From an uncultured Mycobacterium sp. (GTDB lineage Bacteria > Actinomycetota > Actinomycetes > Mycobacteriales > Mycobacteriaceae): 64,000 nt of DNA. The stretch spans positions 72,349-136,348 of the forward strand of contig CAZKUK010000004.1 of NCBI GenBank assembly GCA_964555915.1. Direction: 5' to 3'. The stretch's first letter is position 1. The number at the start of each line of letters is the position of its first letter. Under the pieces are notes generated by a model, which saw only the letters and a list, made by a program, of their open reading frames with translations, made no database searches and was not told the origin of the DNA. The translations under genes were made by a program, and so were the position numbers. Below, in pieces: positions 34,404-48,709 of this stretch.

Positions 34404-35606
34404 GTGAATCTAGCCGACAACCGGAACTCGATCACCGGTGCTGTCGAGTCCGGTCTGCTGGCCGGTGCGGTGACCCTGGTCTGGCATCGCGGGGATGTCC
34501 TGCAGGTCAATGAAATCGGCTTCGCCGACGTCGAGGCGAAGCTGCCGATGCAGCGCGACACCATTTTCCGGATCGCGTCGATGACCAAGCCGGTGACGGT
34601 TGCAGCTGCGATGACCCTCGTCGAGGAGGGTGTGGTCGCACTGGCTGATCCGATCACCCGGTGGCTGCCCGAGATGAGCGATATGCGGGTGCTGGTCGAT
34701 CCGACCGGACCGCTGGACGTCACCGTGCCGGCTCGGCGGCCGATCACGATCGAGGATCTGATGACCCACCGTGGCGGTCTCGCCTATGCGTTTTCGGTGG
34801 CCGGGCCGATCAGCCGTGCCTACGCGGGGGTCTCGCTGCGGCAGGATCAGGACGACTGGCTCGCCGACGTGGCTGCGCTGCCTCTGGTCAGCCAGCCCGG
34901 GGACCGGATCACCTACAGCCAGGGCACCGAGGTACTCGGCATCGCCCTGTCCCGGATCACCGGTAAGCCGCTGCACACCCTGCTCAGCGAGCGGATTCTG
35001 CAGCCGCTGGGTATGACTGATACCGGATTCTTCATTGACCCCGAGAAGCGGGCGCGGGCGGCGACGATGTACCGACTGGACCGGCAAACCGGTCTGCACC
35101 ACGACGCGATGGGCCCGGTGCCGGTGAAGGAACCGCGGTTCTGCCAGGGCGGCGCCGGCCTGGTCTCGACCGCTGACGACTATCTGCGGTTCGCCCGGAT
35201 GCTGCTGGGCGGCGGAGAGGTGGATGGGGTGCGGGTGCTCTCGGCCGAATCCGCTCGGCTGATGCGCACCGACCGGCTCACCGACGAACAGAAGCAGCAG
35301 CCATTCCTCGGCGCACCGTGCTGGGTGGGACGCGGGTTCGGATTGAACCTGTCGGTGGTCACCGACCCGTCAAAGTCCGAGCGGCTGTTCGGCCCCGCCG
35401 GACTCGGTACGTTCAGCTGGCCGGGCGCATACGGAACCTGGTGGCAGGCCGACCCGGAAAACGAGCTGATCATGATCTATCTGATCCAGAACTATCCGGA
35501 CCTGACCGCGGCCGCCGCAGCGGTTGCGGGCAACACCTCACTGGCCCGACTACAGTCCGTGCAGCCGAAATTCGTCCGTCGGACCTACGCGGCGCTGCGG
35601 CCCTGA
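34404..35606 (+). CDS. Serine hydrolase, beta-lactamase class C-like family
   Basis: FRIASMTKP (SxxK), [26 protein letters not shown]. Confidence 0.92.
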   Translation: MNLADNRNSITGAVESGLLAGAVTLVWHRGDVLQVNEIGFADVEAKLPMQRDTIFRIASMTKPVTVAAAMTLVEEGVVALADPITRWLPEMSDMRVLVDPTGPLDVTVPARRPITIEDLMTHRGGLAYAFSVAGPISRAYAGVSLRQDQDDWLADVAALPLVSQPGDRITYSQGTEVLGIALSRITGKPLHTLLSERILQPLGMTDTGFFIDPEKRARAATMYRLDRQTGLHHDAMGPVPVKEPRFCQGGAGLVSTADDYLRFARMLLGGGEVDGVRVLSAESARLMRTDRLTDEQKQQPFLGAPCWVGRGFGLNLSVVTDPSKSERLFGPAGLGTFSWPGAYGTWWQADPENELIMIYLIQNYPDLTAAAAAVAGNTSLARLQSVQPKFVRRTYAALRP

Positions 35607-36977
35607 TCAGCCGGGTTTCACCGCGTTGAGACACCATGATGCGGCTGGCAGCTCGTATCCGTCCGCACCACGGTGATGCTCAAGCGCAGCGACCACCCCG
35701 GCGATGACGTCGCGGCGCCGACTCTCGTCGGCCGCCAGGAACGCCCCGCCCAGCGGCCCGGCGCTCAGCACCCGCTCGGCGGCCGCGACACCATCGGCCT
35801 CGAAGAGGAACGGCGCCTCAACAGGGTCGATCGCGATATCGGCGAACCCCGCTCCGGCCAGTAGCTCGGCAATCGCCTCGGGATCGGCCAGCGAGAACGG
35901 CCCCGGCGCGCCGGGCTCGGGGAGCGGAGACCGCTCGATACCGAGGATCTGTGTGGCGGTCGCCGTCGTCAGCATCATCCAGGGGTTGCGGTCCAGGTGC
36001 TGCCACACCGAACCGACCAGTCGTCCGCCCGGGCGCAACGCGCGAAAAATGTTGGCGAACGCCTCGGCCGGCCGCGGAAAGAACATCAGCCCGAAGCGGG
36101 AATGCGCGGCGTCGAATGGTTGCCCGCCTCCAGCGATGGCCACCAGGTCGGCGCTGGCCACATCGGCGGCCACTGCCACACCGTGCACACCGGCCGCAGA
36201 CAGCCGTCGCTGTGCGGCCTCGGCCATCTCCGGGACCACGTCGATGGCCGCCACCCAGCCTTCCGGACCGACCTCCGCACCCAGGGCCACTGCGGACAGG
36301 CCCGGGCCGCAGCCGAGATCGAGGACCCGGTCGCCGGGACGGGCGGCGAGGGCAAGGCGCGCCACGCTCCCGTGCCGTCCCATCGACCTGTCCAGGGCCT
36401 CGGCCTGCAGGTCCCAGACGCCGGCCAACGTCGCGAAGTGCCGGTCGGCCTCCAAGGGGCCGGTGATTCGCTCGGGATCGTGCTCGACGACGGGGTCGCC
36501 GGACACGGCCGGCACCGCTGCCGCTCGAACCGCATCGGCGGCCGCGCGGATCTGCGGTGTCACCAGCATCACCTGACCGAGCACCCCGTTGACGAAACCC
36601 GGCGAATCGTCGGTGGAAAGTTCTTTCGCCAGCCGGACCGCCTCATCGACGGCGACCGGGGCCGGCACATCGTCGGCGTGGAGCAGTTCCCACGCGGCCA
36701 CCCGGAGGATGGCCCGGTCGACGGCGGGAATCCGCTCCAGCGTCCAGCCCTGCAGGTGCGAACCGATCAGGTCATCGATATGGGCGGCGTGTTCGGCGAC
36801 CCCCCTGGCGACGCAGACGGAGTAGGCGTTGAGCTCGGACACCTCTGCGCCGGCCGCAGCCAGAGCCGAGCGGGATTCCGCGATCTCTGCTGCGGACAGA
36901 CCACGAGCCTCGGCCTCGAAGAGCAGGTCGACGGCGCGTTTCCGGGCCTGATGCCGACTCACCCTGCGATCAGCCAC
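35607..36977 (-). CDS. nusB: NusB fused to a class I SAM-dependent methyltransferase
   Basis: First ~150 aa: [48 protein letters not shown]. Same frame continues to [33 protein letters not shown] (456 aa total). Confidence 0.9.
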   Translation of the reverse strand: MADRRVSRHQARKRAVDLLFEAEARGLSAAEIAESRSALAAAGAEVSELNAYSVCVARGVAEHAAHIDDLIGSHLQGWTLERIPAVDRAILRVAAWELLHADDVPAPVAVDEAVRLAKELSTDDSPGFVNGVLGQVMLVTPQIRAAADAVRAAAVPAVSGDPVVEHDPERITGPLEADRHFATLAGVWDLQAEALDRSMGRHGSVARLALAARPGDRVLDLGCGPGLSAVALGAEVGPEGWVAAIDVVPEMAEAAQRRLSAAGVHGVAVAADVASADLVAIAGGGQPFDAAHSRFGLMFFPRPAEAFANIFRALRPGGRLVGSVWQHLDRNPWMMLTTATATQILGIERSPLPEPGAPGPFSLADPEAIAELLAGAGFADIAIDPVEAPFLFEADGVAAAERVLSAGPLGGAFLAADESRRRDVIAGVVAALEHHRGADGYELPAASWCLNAVKPG

Positions 36978-37020
36978 GGCGGGGCGCGTCGGGTATCCAC
37001 TCCGGCTTAGCCACCGCGAA

Positions 37021-37036
37021 CGGCGCCGAAGCGCCG
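37021..37036 (-). terminator. cUUCGg tetraloop hairpin right after the efp stop
   Basis: Minus strand: TAG CGGCGC TTCG GCGCCG TT. Confidence 0.45.
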
Positions 37037-37600
37037 CTAGGCATTGACCCGGCCCAGGTAGCTACCGTCCCGGGAGTCGACCTTCAGCTTGTCACCGGTA
37101 TTGATGAACAGCGGAACCTGAATCTCGGCGCCGGTTTCCAGGGTCGCCGGTTTGGTTCCGGCGTTGGAACGATCGCCCTGCAGACCAGGCTCGGTGCTCG
37201 AAACCTCCAGTTCGACGGTCACCGGCAACTCGAGGTAGAGCGGTGCGCTGTCATGAAAGGCGATCTGTACCGGCATACTCTCCAGCAGGAAGTTCGCGGC
37301 GGTGCCGACCATCGAGTCCGGCAGCGGGTGCTGCTCGTAATCCTCGCTGTCCATGAACACAAAATCGCTGCCGTCCCGATAGAGGTAGGTGGCGTCGCGC
37401 CGGTCCACCGTCGCCGTCTCCACCTTGACCCCGGCGTTGTATGTCTTGTCGACGACCTTGCCGGTCAGCACGTTCTTGAGTTTGGTCCGCACGAACGCCG
37501 GGCCTTTGCCCGGTTTGACGTGCTGGAACTCGATGATCTGCCACAGCTGCCCGTCGATTTTCAGCACGAGGCCGTTTTTGAAGTCCGCAGTAGTTGCCAC
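37037..37600 (-). CDS. efp: Elongation factor P
   Basis: [32 protein letters not shown]. Confidence 0.99.
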   Translation of the reverse strand: MATTADFKNGLVLKIDGQLWQIIEFQHVKPGKGPAFVRTKLKNVLTGKVVDKTYNAGVKVETATVDRRDATYLYRDGSDFVFMDSEDYEQHPLPDSMVGTAANFLLESMPVQIAFHDSAPLYLELPVTVELEVSSTEPGLQGDRSNAGTKPATLETGAEIQVPLFINTGDKLKVDSRDGSYLGRVNA

Positions 37601-37626
37601 GGTCGGTCGTTCTCCTTCGGATCAGG

Positions 37627-38727
37627 TCAGAGGATGGTCAGGTCCTTGGGGAACCGGGTCAGCGTCTCAGGGTCCCGCGCATCGACGAGGAGAGTGTCCT
37701 CGATACGAACCCCGCCGCGGTCAGCGAGGTACACCCCGGGTTCCACGGTCACCACGGAGCCAGCACGAAGTGTACCGGCGGCCGCCGAGTTGATTGCCGG
37801 CGCTTCGTGAATCTGCAGCCCAACCCCGTGACCGAGCCCGTGACCAAAGTGCTCGGCGTAGCCGGCACCGGCGATCACCTCCCGTGCCGCGGCGTCGACA
37901 GCACCTAGCTGCGCTCCGGCCACGAGCGCAGTCACGCCCGCCCGCTGCGCCTCAGAAACCAGATCGTAGATCTCGTGCTGCCACGCTGCGGCCCGCCCGG
38001 CGTCGCCGAGCACAAACGTCCGGGTCATATCGGAGTGATAACCCCCGACCAGGGCGCCGAAGTCGATCTTGACGAAATCCCCGCACCCGAGTTCTGCGTC
38101 GGTGGGCCGGTGGTGGGGCACCGCAGAGTTCGCCCCCGCGGCGACGATGGTCTCGAAGGATGGACCGTCGGCACCGTGATCGAGCATCAGCGCCTCCAGG
38201 TCGCGGGCGACGGCCCGTTCGGTACGACCCGGCCGAATTCCGCCCGCACAGATCAGTGCGGAGAGAGCTGCATCGGCTGCCTCGCAGGCCAGCCGCAACA
38301 GGGCCACCTCGCCGGCGTCCTTGATCACGCGCAACATCTCGACGGTTCCGGAGGCGCGTACCAAGTCCGCGCCCGGGAAATCGGCCACGATCCCCGAGAG
38401 CACCTCGAACCCGTCCACCGTCACGACGTGACCCTCGAACCCGACCCGACGCGCACCGCCGGCCAACGCGAGTTGCACAAGATGGGGACCACATGCCCGT
38501 TCGATGACGGCACGCAGGTCAGGAGCCTGACGAGCTGCCTGGGTCCGGTACCTGGAGTCGGTGGCCAGCACCGCCGGAGTGTCGTCGGCGAACATCAGCA
38601 ACGCCGCGTTGGAACCGGTGAATCCGGACAGATAGCGCACGTTGACACGATCGCTCACCAAGAACGCGTCCACACCCTCGGCGGTCAGCAGCGCCGCCAT
38701 CCTGGCGCGCCGTTGTGAATGCGTCAC
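37627..38727 (-). CDS. pepQ: Xaa-Pro aminopeptidase (M24)
   Basis: IDFGALVGGYHSDMTRT, HGLGHGVGLQIHE, TVEPGVY, GVRIED. Confidence 0.95.
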   Translation of the reverse strand: MTHSQRRARMAALLTAEGVDAFLVSDRVNVRYLSGFTGSNAALLMFADDTPAVLATDSRYRTQAARQAPDLRAVIERACGPHLVQLALAGGARRVGFEGHVVTVDGFEVLSGIVADFPGADLVRASGTVEMLRVIKDAGEVALLRLACEAADAALSALICAGGIRPGRTERAVARDLEALMLDHGADGPSFETIVAAGANSAVPHHRPTDAELGCGDFVKIDFGALVGGYHSDMTRTFVLGDAGRAAAWQHEIYDLVSEAQRAGVTALVAGAQLGAVDAAAREVIAGAGYAEHFGHGLGHGVGLQIHEAPAINSAAAGTLRAGSVVTVEPGVYLADRGGVRIEDTLLVDARDPETLTRFPKDLTIL

Positions 38728-38760
38728 GGTCGGTGACGGTACTCGCTAGGCTGATGCCCC

Positions 38761-39387
38761 ATGACGACGTGGTTGTTCCGTGGCCTGGTGTTAGCGGCCG
38801 GAATGGTGTTTCTCCGACTGGCTCAGGGGACGCTGATCAATGCCAGCCCCACCAACGCCGGGACCATCAGCCTCATTCTGGTGTTGCTGTTCGGGGTGGC
38901 CGCTTCAATCTGGGGCCTGTTCGACGGTTTGTCCGATGCGCGGGCCAACCCCGACCCGGACCGCCGTCGCGACCTGGCCATGCGCTGGCTGATGGCCGGA
39001 CTGGTCGCGGGTGGCCTCAGCGGGCTGGTGGCCTGGCTCATCTCGCTGTTCGACGCTGCGGTCTATGTCGACGGACTGATCACCGAGGTGACGGTGTTCG
39101 CCGCCTTCACCGCCCTGATGGTGTTCGTGCCCGCGATGTTCACGGTGTCGGTTGGCCGATGGCTGGTCGACCGCAGCCGGCCTGATGAGGGGCCCCGGCA
39201 CCACTCCGGTACAGACGTGTTCGAGTCGGTTTTGGACGAGGGCTACGAAGACCCCGCCGAACAGGTCGCGGTCGCCGGCCGCCGGGAGGAGTCCTGGCGA
39301 CAGGAGTCCCGGGAAGCGGTTCGCGAGGTCCACGAGACGGTGCAGCAGCGAAAGTACGATCTCAAACGCGGCTCTGAAGAGACCTGA
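38761..39387 (+). CDS. Membrane protein, Rv2536/B-4DMT-like
   Basis: Four TM segments; DARANPDPDRRRDLAMRWL; divergent from pepQ. Confidence 0.82.
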   Translation: MTTWLFRGLVLAAGMVFLRLAQGTLINASPTNAGTISLILVLLFGVAASIWGLFDGLSDARANPDPDRRRDLAMRWLMAGLVAGGLSGLVAWLISLFDAAVYVDGLITEVTVFAAFTALMVFVPAMFTVSVGRWLVDRSRPDEGPRHHSGTDVFESVLDEGYEDPAEQVAVAGRREESWRQESREAVREVHETVQQRKYDLKRGSEET

Positions 39388-39406
39388 GGGGCGACCGGCC
39401 GGGGCT

Positions 39407-41642
<2,236 letters not shown>

Positions 41643-41647
41643 CACCG

Positions 41648-42883
41648 TCACCCCGACAACCGTGCCGAAGTGGACCCGAAGGCCTCCCGCTCGGCGATCT
41701 CACCCAGATAGCCCGCGATGTTTCGGCGGGTCTCGGCGAGCGAGTCGCCGCCGAACTTCTCGAGCGCGGCCCGGGCCAGCACCAGTGCCACCATCGCCTC
41801 GACCACCACTCCGGCGGCCGGGACAGCGCACACATCCGACCGCTGGTGAATCGCCACCGCCTGGGCGCCGGTGTCCAGGTCGACGGTGGACAGTGCGCGG
41901 GGCACCGTGGAGATCGGTTTCATCGCGGCCCGCACCCGCAGCGGCTGTCCGTTGGTCATCCCGCCTTCCAGCCCGCCGGCACGGTTGGTGGAACGCATGA
42001 CACCGGCTGGACCACCGTCTGAGCCGGCATCAACGCCGGGGAACATCTCGTCATGCGCGCCGCTGCCACGCCGTCGTGCTGTTTCGAATCCGTCACCGAT
42101 CTCGACACCCTTGATGGCCTGGACCCCCATCACCGCGGCGGCCAGTTGGCTGTCCAGCCGATTCTCACCACTGACGAACGAACCCAGGCCGACCGGCAGA
42201 CCGTGCGCCACCACCTCAACGACTCCACCGAGGGTGTCACCATCGCGTTTGGCGGCCTCGATCTCGGTGATCATGGACGTCTCGGCGGCGGCGTCGAACG
42301 CCCGAACCGGGCTCTCGTCGATGCTGGGCAGGTCGGCGGCCGTCGGAGGCGGTCCACCGTAGGGGGTCGAGGCCCCGATCGAGATCACGTGCGAGAGCAC
42401 CTCGACACCGAGTGCCTGACGTAGAAATGCCCGGGCTACCGACGCCGCCGCGACCCGGGCCGCGGTTTCCCTGGCGCTGGCCCGCTCCAGCACCGGGCGG
42501 GCGTCGTCGAAGCCGAATTTGAGCATGCCCGCATAGTCGGCATGGCCGGGACGCGGACGTGTCAGCGGCGCGTTGCGCGCAACCTCAAGATCAGCGGCGG
42601 CAACGGGGTCCGGGGCCATCACCGATTGCCACTTCGGCCATTCGGTGTTGCCGATCTCAATGGCTACCGGGCCGCCCAGCGTAACGCCGTGCCGGACCCC
42701 CGCCAGCACGGTCACCGCGTCCTGTTCGAATTTCATCCGGGCACCGCGCCCGTAACCAAGCCGACGGCGAGCCAATTGGGCGGCGATATCGGCGGAGGTC
42801 ACCTCCACACCGGCAACCATGCCCTCGACCATGGCGACCAGGGCGCGGCCGTGGGATTCTCCAGCGGTGGTCCATCGCAACAC
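41648..42883 (-). CDS. aroC: Chorismate synthase
   Basis: [36 protein letters not shown]. Confidence 0.98.
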   Translation of the reverse strand: MLRWTTAGESHGRALVAMVEGMVAGVEVTSADIAAQLARRRLGYGRGARMKFEQDAVTVLAGVRHGVTLGGPVAIEIGNTEWPKWQSVMAPDPVAAADLEVARNAPLTRPRPGHADYAGMLKFGFDDARPVLERASARETAARVAAASVARAFLRQALGVEVLSHVISIGASTPYGGPPPTAADLPSIDESPVRAFDAAAETSMITEIEAAKRDGDTLGGVVEVVAHGLPVGLGSFVSGENRLDSQLAAAVMGVQAIKGVEIGDGFETARRRGSGAHDEMFPGVDAGSDGGPAGVMRSTNRAGGLEGGMTNGQPLRVRAAMKPISTVPRALSTVDLDTGAQAVAIHQRSDVCAVPAAGVVVEAMVALVLARAALEKFGGDSLAETRRNIAGYLGEIAEREAFGSTSARLSG

Positions 42884-42983
42884 GCGATCATCTTCCCACG
42901 TCGCCGCCGACGGCCCAATCTGCCCGGTTCGCCGGCGCACCCGGATCGCTCAGAACGCCGGGTCACTAGAACACGCGCATCCC

Positions 42984-43424
42984 CTAAAACACCGCGGGCG
43001 CGGCGGCGGCCAGGCTGGCCAGGCACATTGACGGGCCGTGCGGCACAACGGTCCCCGCCAGGCCGGTGCCCTGGCGCAGGGCGGTCACCGTGCCCAGGAT
43101 GACGGTGAGCACCGGGGCCCCCAGCGCGGCCAGCAACCAGACCGGCACGCCCAACGCGCCGGTCAACGCACCCAGACCGAGGGCCAACTTGACATCGCCA
43201 CCACCGATTCCGGCCGGGGCACCGAGGTGAACCGCCAGATACAGCCCCCCGAGCGATACCGCACCCAGCGCCGCCGCGGACCCACGGCCGTATCCGGCAC
43301 AGACCGTCAAGATCACCACGGCACCGACGAGGGTGAGCCCATTGGGAAGCCGACGTTGTCGCAGGTCGAAGACCGATAGCGAGACGGTCCAGATCAGCAC
43401 CGCCAGACATGACACCGCTTGCAC
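42984..43424 (-). CDS. Prepilin peptidase family (A24) membrane protein (Rv2551c-like)
   Basis: FDLRQRRLPN, GIGGGDVKL, PHGPSMC. Confidence 0.88.
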   Translation of the reverse strand: MQAVSCLAVLIWTVSLSVFDLRQRRLPNGLTLVGAVVILTVCAGYGRGSAAALGAVSLGGLYLAVHLGAPAGIGGGDVKLALGLGALTGALGVPVWLLAALGAPVLTVILGTVTALRQGTGLAGTVVPHGPSMCLASLAAAAPAVF

Positions 43425-43433
43425 GTCCGCAAG

Positions 43434-44240
43434 CTAACCCAATACGGCTGCCATCTGCTGTCGCGGTGCCGGCTGCCCTGTGAATTGCTCGACCTGACTG
43501 AACGCCTGGTGGAGCAGCATCTGCTGTCCGCCGATGACCTCACCGCCGGCTCCGGCGACGGCGCGGGCCAGCGGGGTGGGCCACGGATCGTAGATCGCGT
43601 CCAGCAGCACCGGAACCCCGGCGAGCACCGCCGCATGCTCAGCTGCCGCGCCGGAGGGGATTGTGCTGATCAGCACATCGGTGCGATCAGCCAGAGCGGG
43701 CAGTCGCCGGTCGGTGAGCCCGCAGAACGCAACCGGCACCCCGATCGTGGAGCCGAGGCTGACCAGCCGGGCAGCTTTCCGGCTGTTTCGCGCCGCCACC
43801 GTGATTTCGGTTACGCCGAGGCCCGCCAGGGCGACGACGGCGGCCGGAGCGGTTCCGCCGGAGCCGAGCACCACCGCTCGGCGCAGACCGCGACGGCGCC
43901 CCAACGCACCGGCCACCCCGTCGATATCGGTGTTGTCGGCCCGCCAGCCCGACCGGGTTCGCACCAGCGTGTTGGCCGAGCCGACGAGGTCGGCGCGCCC
44001 GGTCCGTTCGTCGGCGAACGCCAGTGCGGCGAATTTGCCCGGCATGGTGACCGATACGCCCACCCATTCCGGGCCGAATGCGCCCACCACGACCGGAAGT
44101 TCCCCGGCAGAGCACTCGATCCGGTCGTAGGTCCAGTCATCAAGGCCCAGCGCGCGGTAGGCGGCCAGATGCAATTGCGGCGACCGGGAATGGGCGACCG
44201 GCGAACCGAGCACGGCTGCTTTGCGGGCCGTCACCGGCAC
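43434..44240 (-). CDS. aroE: Shikimate 5-dehydrogenase
   Basis: GSPVAHSRSP, SVTMPGK, NTDIDG, GSGGTA, MLLHQA. Confidence 0.97.
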   Translation of the reverse strand: MPVTARKAAVLGSPVAHSRSPQLHLAAYRALGLDDWTYDRIECSAGELPVVVGAFGPEWVGVSVTMPGKFAALAFADERTGRADLVGSANTLVRTRSGWRADNTDIDGVAGALGRRRGLRRAVVLGSGGTAPAAVVALAGLGVTEITVAARNSRKAARLVSLGSTIGVPVAFCGLTDRRLPALADRTDVLISTIPSGAAAEHAAVLAGVPVLLDAIYDPWPTPLARAVAGAGGEVIGGQQMLLHQAFSQVEQFTGQPAPRQQMAAVLG

Positions 44241-45494
44241 CTACCGCCCGGAATCGAGGAAACCGCTGTTCAACGCCTGCTCACGATTGGCCAGGTGCTC
44301 CTGATAATCGCTGGTGAACAACGTGGTGCCGTCGGAGTCGATCGTGACGAAGTACAGCCAGTCGCCGGGTTCGGGTCTCTCCGCAGCGGCCAGAGCTTCG
44401 GCCCCCGGCGAACAGATCGGTGTCGCGGGCAGACCAGGCATGGCGTAGGTGTTCCACGGCGTCTTGGTAGCCCGGTCCCGATCGGTGGTCGCAACCTCCT
44501 GCCGGTCCAACGGGTAGTTGACCGTCGAGTCGAACTCCAGCCAGTCGTAGTCGCTGGCCAGCCGGTTGTAGATGACCCGGGCGACCTTGGCGAAGTCCGC
44601 GGGCTGCGCCTCCTTCTGGACCAGCGATCCGACGATCAGCACCTCATAGGGAGACATGTTCAGCCCCTCGGCGGCATCGAGGATTCCGCCTTCGACATAA
44701 CCGTCAGCACTCTCGCCCACCAGTTTGGCCAGGATCTCTGTGGCCGAGGCCGCCGGATCGATATTCCAGGTGCCGGGAGCGATGAGTCCCTCCAACCGCC
44801 GGTGGCTGCTTCCCACCGCGCCGGCACCGGCGCGGGCCCAGTCCGGCACATTGAGGGATTCCAGCGTTCCTTCTTCGGCGGCGGCTTTCAGGTCTGTGGC
44901 TGATATGCACGTCTCTGTTCCGTTGAGGTCCACACAGCTGGCATCCGAGATCAGCGAAAAGATTCCGGGGTTGACCACACCCGATCCGACCGCGGCAATG
45001 TCATCGAGCTGCTTGCCCTCCGGGATGACGAGCCTGCCGACCCGGGCCGCAGGGTCGACAAGCGTCCGGACGGCGGTGGCCGCAGGTATCTCGGTGCGCA
45101 CTCTGTAGAAGCCGGGCTGGATCGCCGCGAACTCGGCGTTGCCCGACGCCGCTGAGATGAACGGCCCGATATCCGCGATGACACCCTCGGCCAGCAAGTT
45201 CTGGGCGATCATGGATCCGGAGTCGCCGGGGTAAACCTCGATGACGATGTCTTCCTTGCCCTCGCCGGTGAAGTCAGTCGGCAACCTGGGGCCGAACCAC
45301 TTCGGCCCGAGCACCACCAGGGCCAGCACACCGGCCGCCAGCACGGCCAGCAGCACCAGCATCCGGGACCGGCCGCGGCCCCTGTCCGGGCCGCGGCCGG
45401 ACCGGTCCCGCCCGGGCACGCGGCCGGAGCGGGGCGTCCCTACCGCCGCCGGTGCGGCCCGGTCCGATGGTGCATTGTGGGGCTCCTGCTGCAT
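44241..45494 (-). CDS. mltG: Endolytic transglycosylase MltG/YceG
   Basis: TM anchor, GSLVQKE, VARVIYNRL, WNTY...GLPATPI, WLYFVT. Confidence 0.95.
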   Translation of the reverse strand: MQQEPHNAPSDRAAPAAVGTPRSGRVPGRDRSGRGPDRGRGRSRMLVLLAVLAAGVLALVVLGPKWFGPRLPTDFTGEGKEDIVIEVYPGDSGSMIAQNLLAEGVIADIGPFISAASGNAEFAAIQPGFYRVRTEIPAATAVRTLVDPAARVGRLVIPEGKQLDDIAAVGSGVVNPGIFSLISDASCVDLNGTETCISATDLKAAAEEGTLESLNVPDWARAGAGAVGSSHRRLEGLIAPGTWNIDPAASATEILAKLVGESADGYVEGGILDAAEGLNMSPYEVLIVGSLVQKEAQPADFAKVARVIYNRLASDYDWLEFDSTVNYPLDRQEVATTDRDRATKTPWNTYAMPGLPATPICSPGAEALAAAERPEPGDWLYFVTIDSDGTTLFTSDYQEHLANREQALNSGFLDSGR

Positions 45495-45496
45495 GG

Positions 45497-45991
45497 TTAC
45501 GGTTGCTCTTTCCCTGTCATGGCCGCGTTGCGGCGTTGGTCGAGCCAGCCCTGGAGAATTGCCACGGCAGCGGCCTGGTCGATCATTTCTCGTTGGTCCC
45601 TGGCGCGTATCCCGGCCTCCCGTAGCGATCGTGTCGCGCTGACAGTAGTCAATCGCTCGTCCGCGAGGCGGACCGGCACCGAACCGACCCGACCGCCCAG
45701 TGCTGTGGCCAGCGCGACCGCATCGTCGGCCGATGCGCCGGCCCGGTCGGCCAGCGTCCGCGGCAGCCCCACAACGATCTCGACGATGTCCAGGTCCGAG
45801 ACCAGCCTCTGGAGTCTGCGCAGGTGGCCGTCGCGACGGTCACGGCGAACCGTCTCCACCGGAGTGGCGAGGATGCCGTCGGGGTCACTGGCCGCCACCC
45901 CGATCCGGACGGTGCCGACATCGATACCGAGTCGCCGGCCCCGGCCCGGGTCATCCGTACCGGGCCGGTCCGGCATGCGGTTGGCAACCAT
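45497..45991 (-). CDS. ruvX: Holliday junction resolvase-like RuvX/YqgF
   Basis: [35 protein letters not shown]. Confidence 0.96.
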   Translation of the reverse strand: MVANRMPDRPGTDDPGRGRRLGIDVGTVRIGVAASDPDGILATPVETVRRDRRDGHLRRLQRLVSDLDIVEIVVGLPRTLADRAGASADDAVALATALGGRVGSVPVRLADERLTTVSATRSLREAGIRARDQREMIDQAAAVAILQGWLDQRRNAAMTGKEQP

Positions 45992-46000
45992 CAGGTGGTC

Positions 46001-48709
46001 TCAGTCCCGGGCCAGTTCCGCGCGGACCGCCGCCAGCGCCGCTCCGATGCCGGACGGATCTTTGCCAGCCCCCTGGGCGAGATCAGCTTTACCGCCCCCC
46101 CGGCCGCCCACCGCGGTCGTCACCGAGGCGACCAATTCGTTGGCCTTGACTCCGGTGTCCTGGGCGGACTGATTGGCGGCCAGTACGAACGGCACGCTGC
46201 CGTCGCCCCCCTCGGCAAGCAGCAGCACCACGGCCGGGTCTGAGCCGAGCCGCGAGCGAATATCCCCGACCAGGGAGCGTAGGTCCGCGGCAGTCATCCC
46301 CGCCGCCATTCGCTGGGCCACGAGACGGACCTTACCCACCTGCTCGGCGGCATTGACGGCGTTTCCCGCAGCGGCACGCGCCGTGGACAGTCGCATCCGT
46401 TCGATGTCCTTCTCGGCCGCTTTGAGCCGCTCCACAAGCGTTGCGACACGGGCCGGGACCTCCTCGGAGGGCACTTTCAACGACGAGGCCAGGCCGGCCA
46501 TCAGTGCCCGTTCCTTGGCCAGATACCGGAACGAGTCGAGACCGACATAGGCCTCGACCCGGCGCACCCCGGAACCCACCGAGGACTCGCCGAGGATGGT
46601 GACCGGACCGACCTGGGCCGAGTTCTGCACATGGGTGCCGCCGCATAGCTCCAGCGAGAAAGGCCCGCCGATCTCCACGACCCGTACCTCGTCGGGATAT
46701 TGCTCACCGAACAGCGCCATCGCGCCCATCGCTTTGGCGTTCTCGATCTCGGTGACGAAGGTGTGCACCGGGTAGTCGGATTCGACGGCCTCGTTGGCGA
46801 TCTCCTGGATCTCGGAGTTCTGCGCCTCGGTCAGCGGACCCTGCCACTTGAAGTCGAACCTGAGGTAGCCCGGCCTGTTGAGGGATCCGGCCTGAACCGC
46901 ATTGGGCCCCAGCACTTGTCGCAGAGCGCCATGGACCAGGTGGGTCCCGGAGTGGCCCTGGGTGGCGCCCTGACGCCACTTCGGATCAACAGCGGCGATA
47001 ATCGAGTCGCCCTCGACGAACTCACCGGATTCCACGTTGACCCGATGTACCCACAACGTTTTGGCGACCTTCTGCACATCGGTGACGGTCGCCTTCGCCG
47101 ACTCGCCGGCGCCGGTTCCGGTGATCTGACCGGCATCGGCGATCTGACCCCCCGACTCCGCATAGAGCGGTGTCCGGTCGAGCACGATCTCCACCCGCTC
47201 GGGGGGAAGCGTCTCCGAGTGCACACGGGGACGGTGGGCCACCACGGGAACGCGCTTCCCGTCGACGAAGATTCCCAGAATCCGGGCCGGCGAACTCATC
47301 TCGTCGAAGCCGGTGAACTCCGTCGGGCCGGCGTCAACGAGTTCCCGGAAAGCCGACAGGTCGGCGTGGGCATGTTTACGCGCGGCCGCGTCGGCCTTCG
47401 CCCGCCGGCGTTGCTCGGCCATCAGTTCCCGGAAACCCAACTCGTCCACGCTCAGACCGGCCTCAGCGGCCATCTCGAGAGTCAGCTCGATCGGGAAGCC
47501 GTAGGTGTCGTGCAGGGCGAAGGCCTGCTCGCCGGGCAGTTCGGTCTTACCCCCGGACTTGGTGGCCGCGGCGGCGTCCGCGAACAGCTTCGAACCCGAG
47601 GCCAGGGTTCGGTTGAACGCGGTCTCCTCAGCAACCGCGATCCGGTTGATGCGATCGAAATCGGTGATCAGGTCCGGATAGGACGGGCCCATCGCATCTC
47701 GGACGGTCGCCATCAACTCACCGACGATGGGACGCTCGATGCCGAGGAGTTTGGCGGCCCGAATGATCCGTCGCAGCAGTCGGCGCAGCACATAACCCCG
47801 GCCCTCATTGGACGGGGTGGCCCCGTCAGCGATGATGATGGCGGCGGTACGGCTGTGGTCGGCGATCACCCGGTAGCGCACATCGTCGGCCGCGGCACCC
47901 TGGCCGTAGCCTCGGGGTGCGTGCCGGGCAACAGTATCGATGACAGGCCGAAGCAGGTCGGTTTCGTAGACGTTGTCGACCCCTTGTAACAGGCAGGCGA
48001 TCCTCTCGACACCCATACCGGTGTCGATGTTCTTCCGCGGCAGCGGGCCGAGGATCTCGAAGTCGTCCTTACCGGTGCCCTCACCGCGCTCGTTCTGCAT
48101 GAAGACGAGGTTCCAGATCTCGATATAGCGGTCTTCGTTGGCCTCCGGGCCGCCGTCGACTCCGTAGGCCGGGCCGCGGTCGAAATAGATCTCCGAACAC
48201 GGCCCACAGGGACCCGGAATGCCCATCGACCAGTAGTTATCGGCCATCCCGCGGCGCTGTATGCGGTCCAGAGGCAGTCCGGCCACCTCCTGCCACAGCT
48301 GGATCGCCTCATCGTCGTCGTAGAACACGGTCGCCCACAACCGGTCGGGGTCGAAACCGTATCCGCCGGCCGAAACCGGGTTGGTCAACAGCGTCCAGGC
48401 AAGCTCGATGGCGCGGCGCTTGAAGTAGTCGCCAAAAGAGAAGTTGCCGGCCATCTGGAAGAAGGTGTTGTGCCGGGTGGTGATGCCGACCTCGTCGATA
48501 TCCGGAGTGCGAATGCACTTCTGAATACTGGTCGCGGTGCTGTAAGCGGGAGTTCGCTGCCCGAGGAAATAGGGCACAAAAGGCACCATGCCGGCATTGA
48601 CGAACAGCAGATTCGGATCGTCGAGGATCACCGAGGCACTGGGCACCTCAGTGTGGCCGGCGTTGACGAAGTGGTCGATGAACCGCTTCCTGATCTCGTG
48701 TGTCTGCAC
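46001..48709 (-). CDS. alaS: Alanine--tRNA ligase
   Basis: [49 protein letters not shown]. Confidence 0.99.
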   Translation of the reverse strand: MQTHEIRKRFIDHFVNAGHTEVPSASVILDDPNLLFVNAGMVPFVPYFLGQRTPAYSTATSIQKCIRTPDIDEVGITTRHNTFFQMAGNFSFGDYFKRRAIELAWTLLTNPVSAGGYGFDPDRLWATVFYDDDEAIQLWQEVAGLPLDRIQRRGMADNYWSMGIPGPCGPCSEIYFDRGPAYGVDGGPEANEDRYIEIWNLVFMQNERGEGTGKDDFEILGPLPRKNIDTGMGVERIACLLQGVDNVYETDLLRPVIDTVARHAPRGYGQGAAADDVRYRVIADHSRTAAIIIADGATPSNEGRGYVLRRLLRRIIRAAKLLGIERPIVGELMATVRDAMGPSYPDLITDFDRINRIAVAEETAFNRTLASGSKLFADAAAATKSGGKTELPGEQAFALHDTYGFPIELTLEMAAEAGLSVDELGFRELMAEQRRRAKADAAARKHAHADLSAFRELVDAGPTEFTGFDEMSSPARILGIFVDGKRVPVVAHRPRVHSETLPPERVEIVLDRTPLYAESGGQIADAGQITGTGAGESAKATVTDVQKVAKTLWVHRVNVESGEFVEGDSIIAAVDPKWRQGATQGHSGTHLVHGALRQVLGPNAVQAGSLNRPGYLRFDFKWQGPLTEAQNSEIQEIANEAVESDYPVHTFVTEIENAKAMGAMALFGEQYPDEVRVVEIGGPFSLELCGGTHVQNSAQVGPVTILGESSVGSGVRRVEAYVGLDSFRYLAKERALMAGLASSLKVPSEEVPARVATLVERLKAAEKDIERMRLSTARAAAGNAVNAAEQVGKVRLVAQRMAAGMTAADLRSLVGDIRSRLGSDPAVVLLLAEGGDGSVPFVLAANQSAQDTGVKANELVASVTTAVGGRGGGKADLAQGAGKDPSGIGAALAAVRAELARD

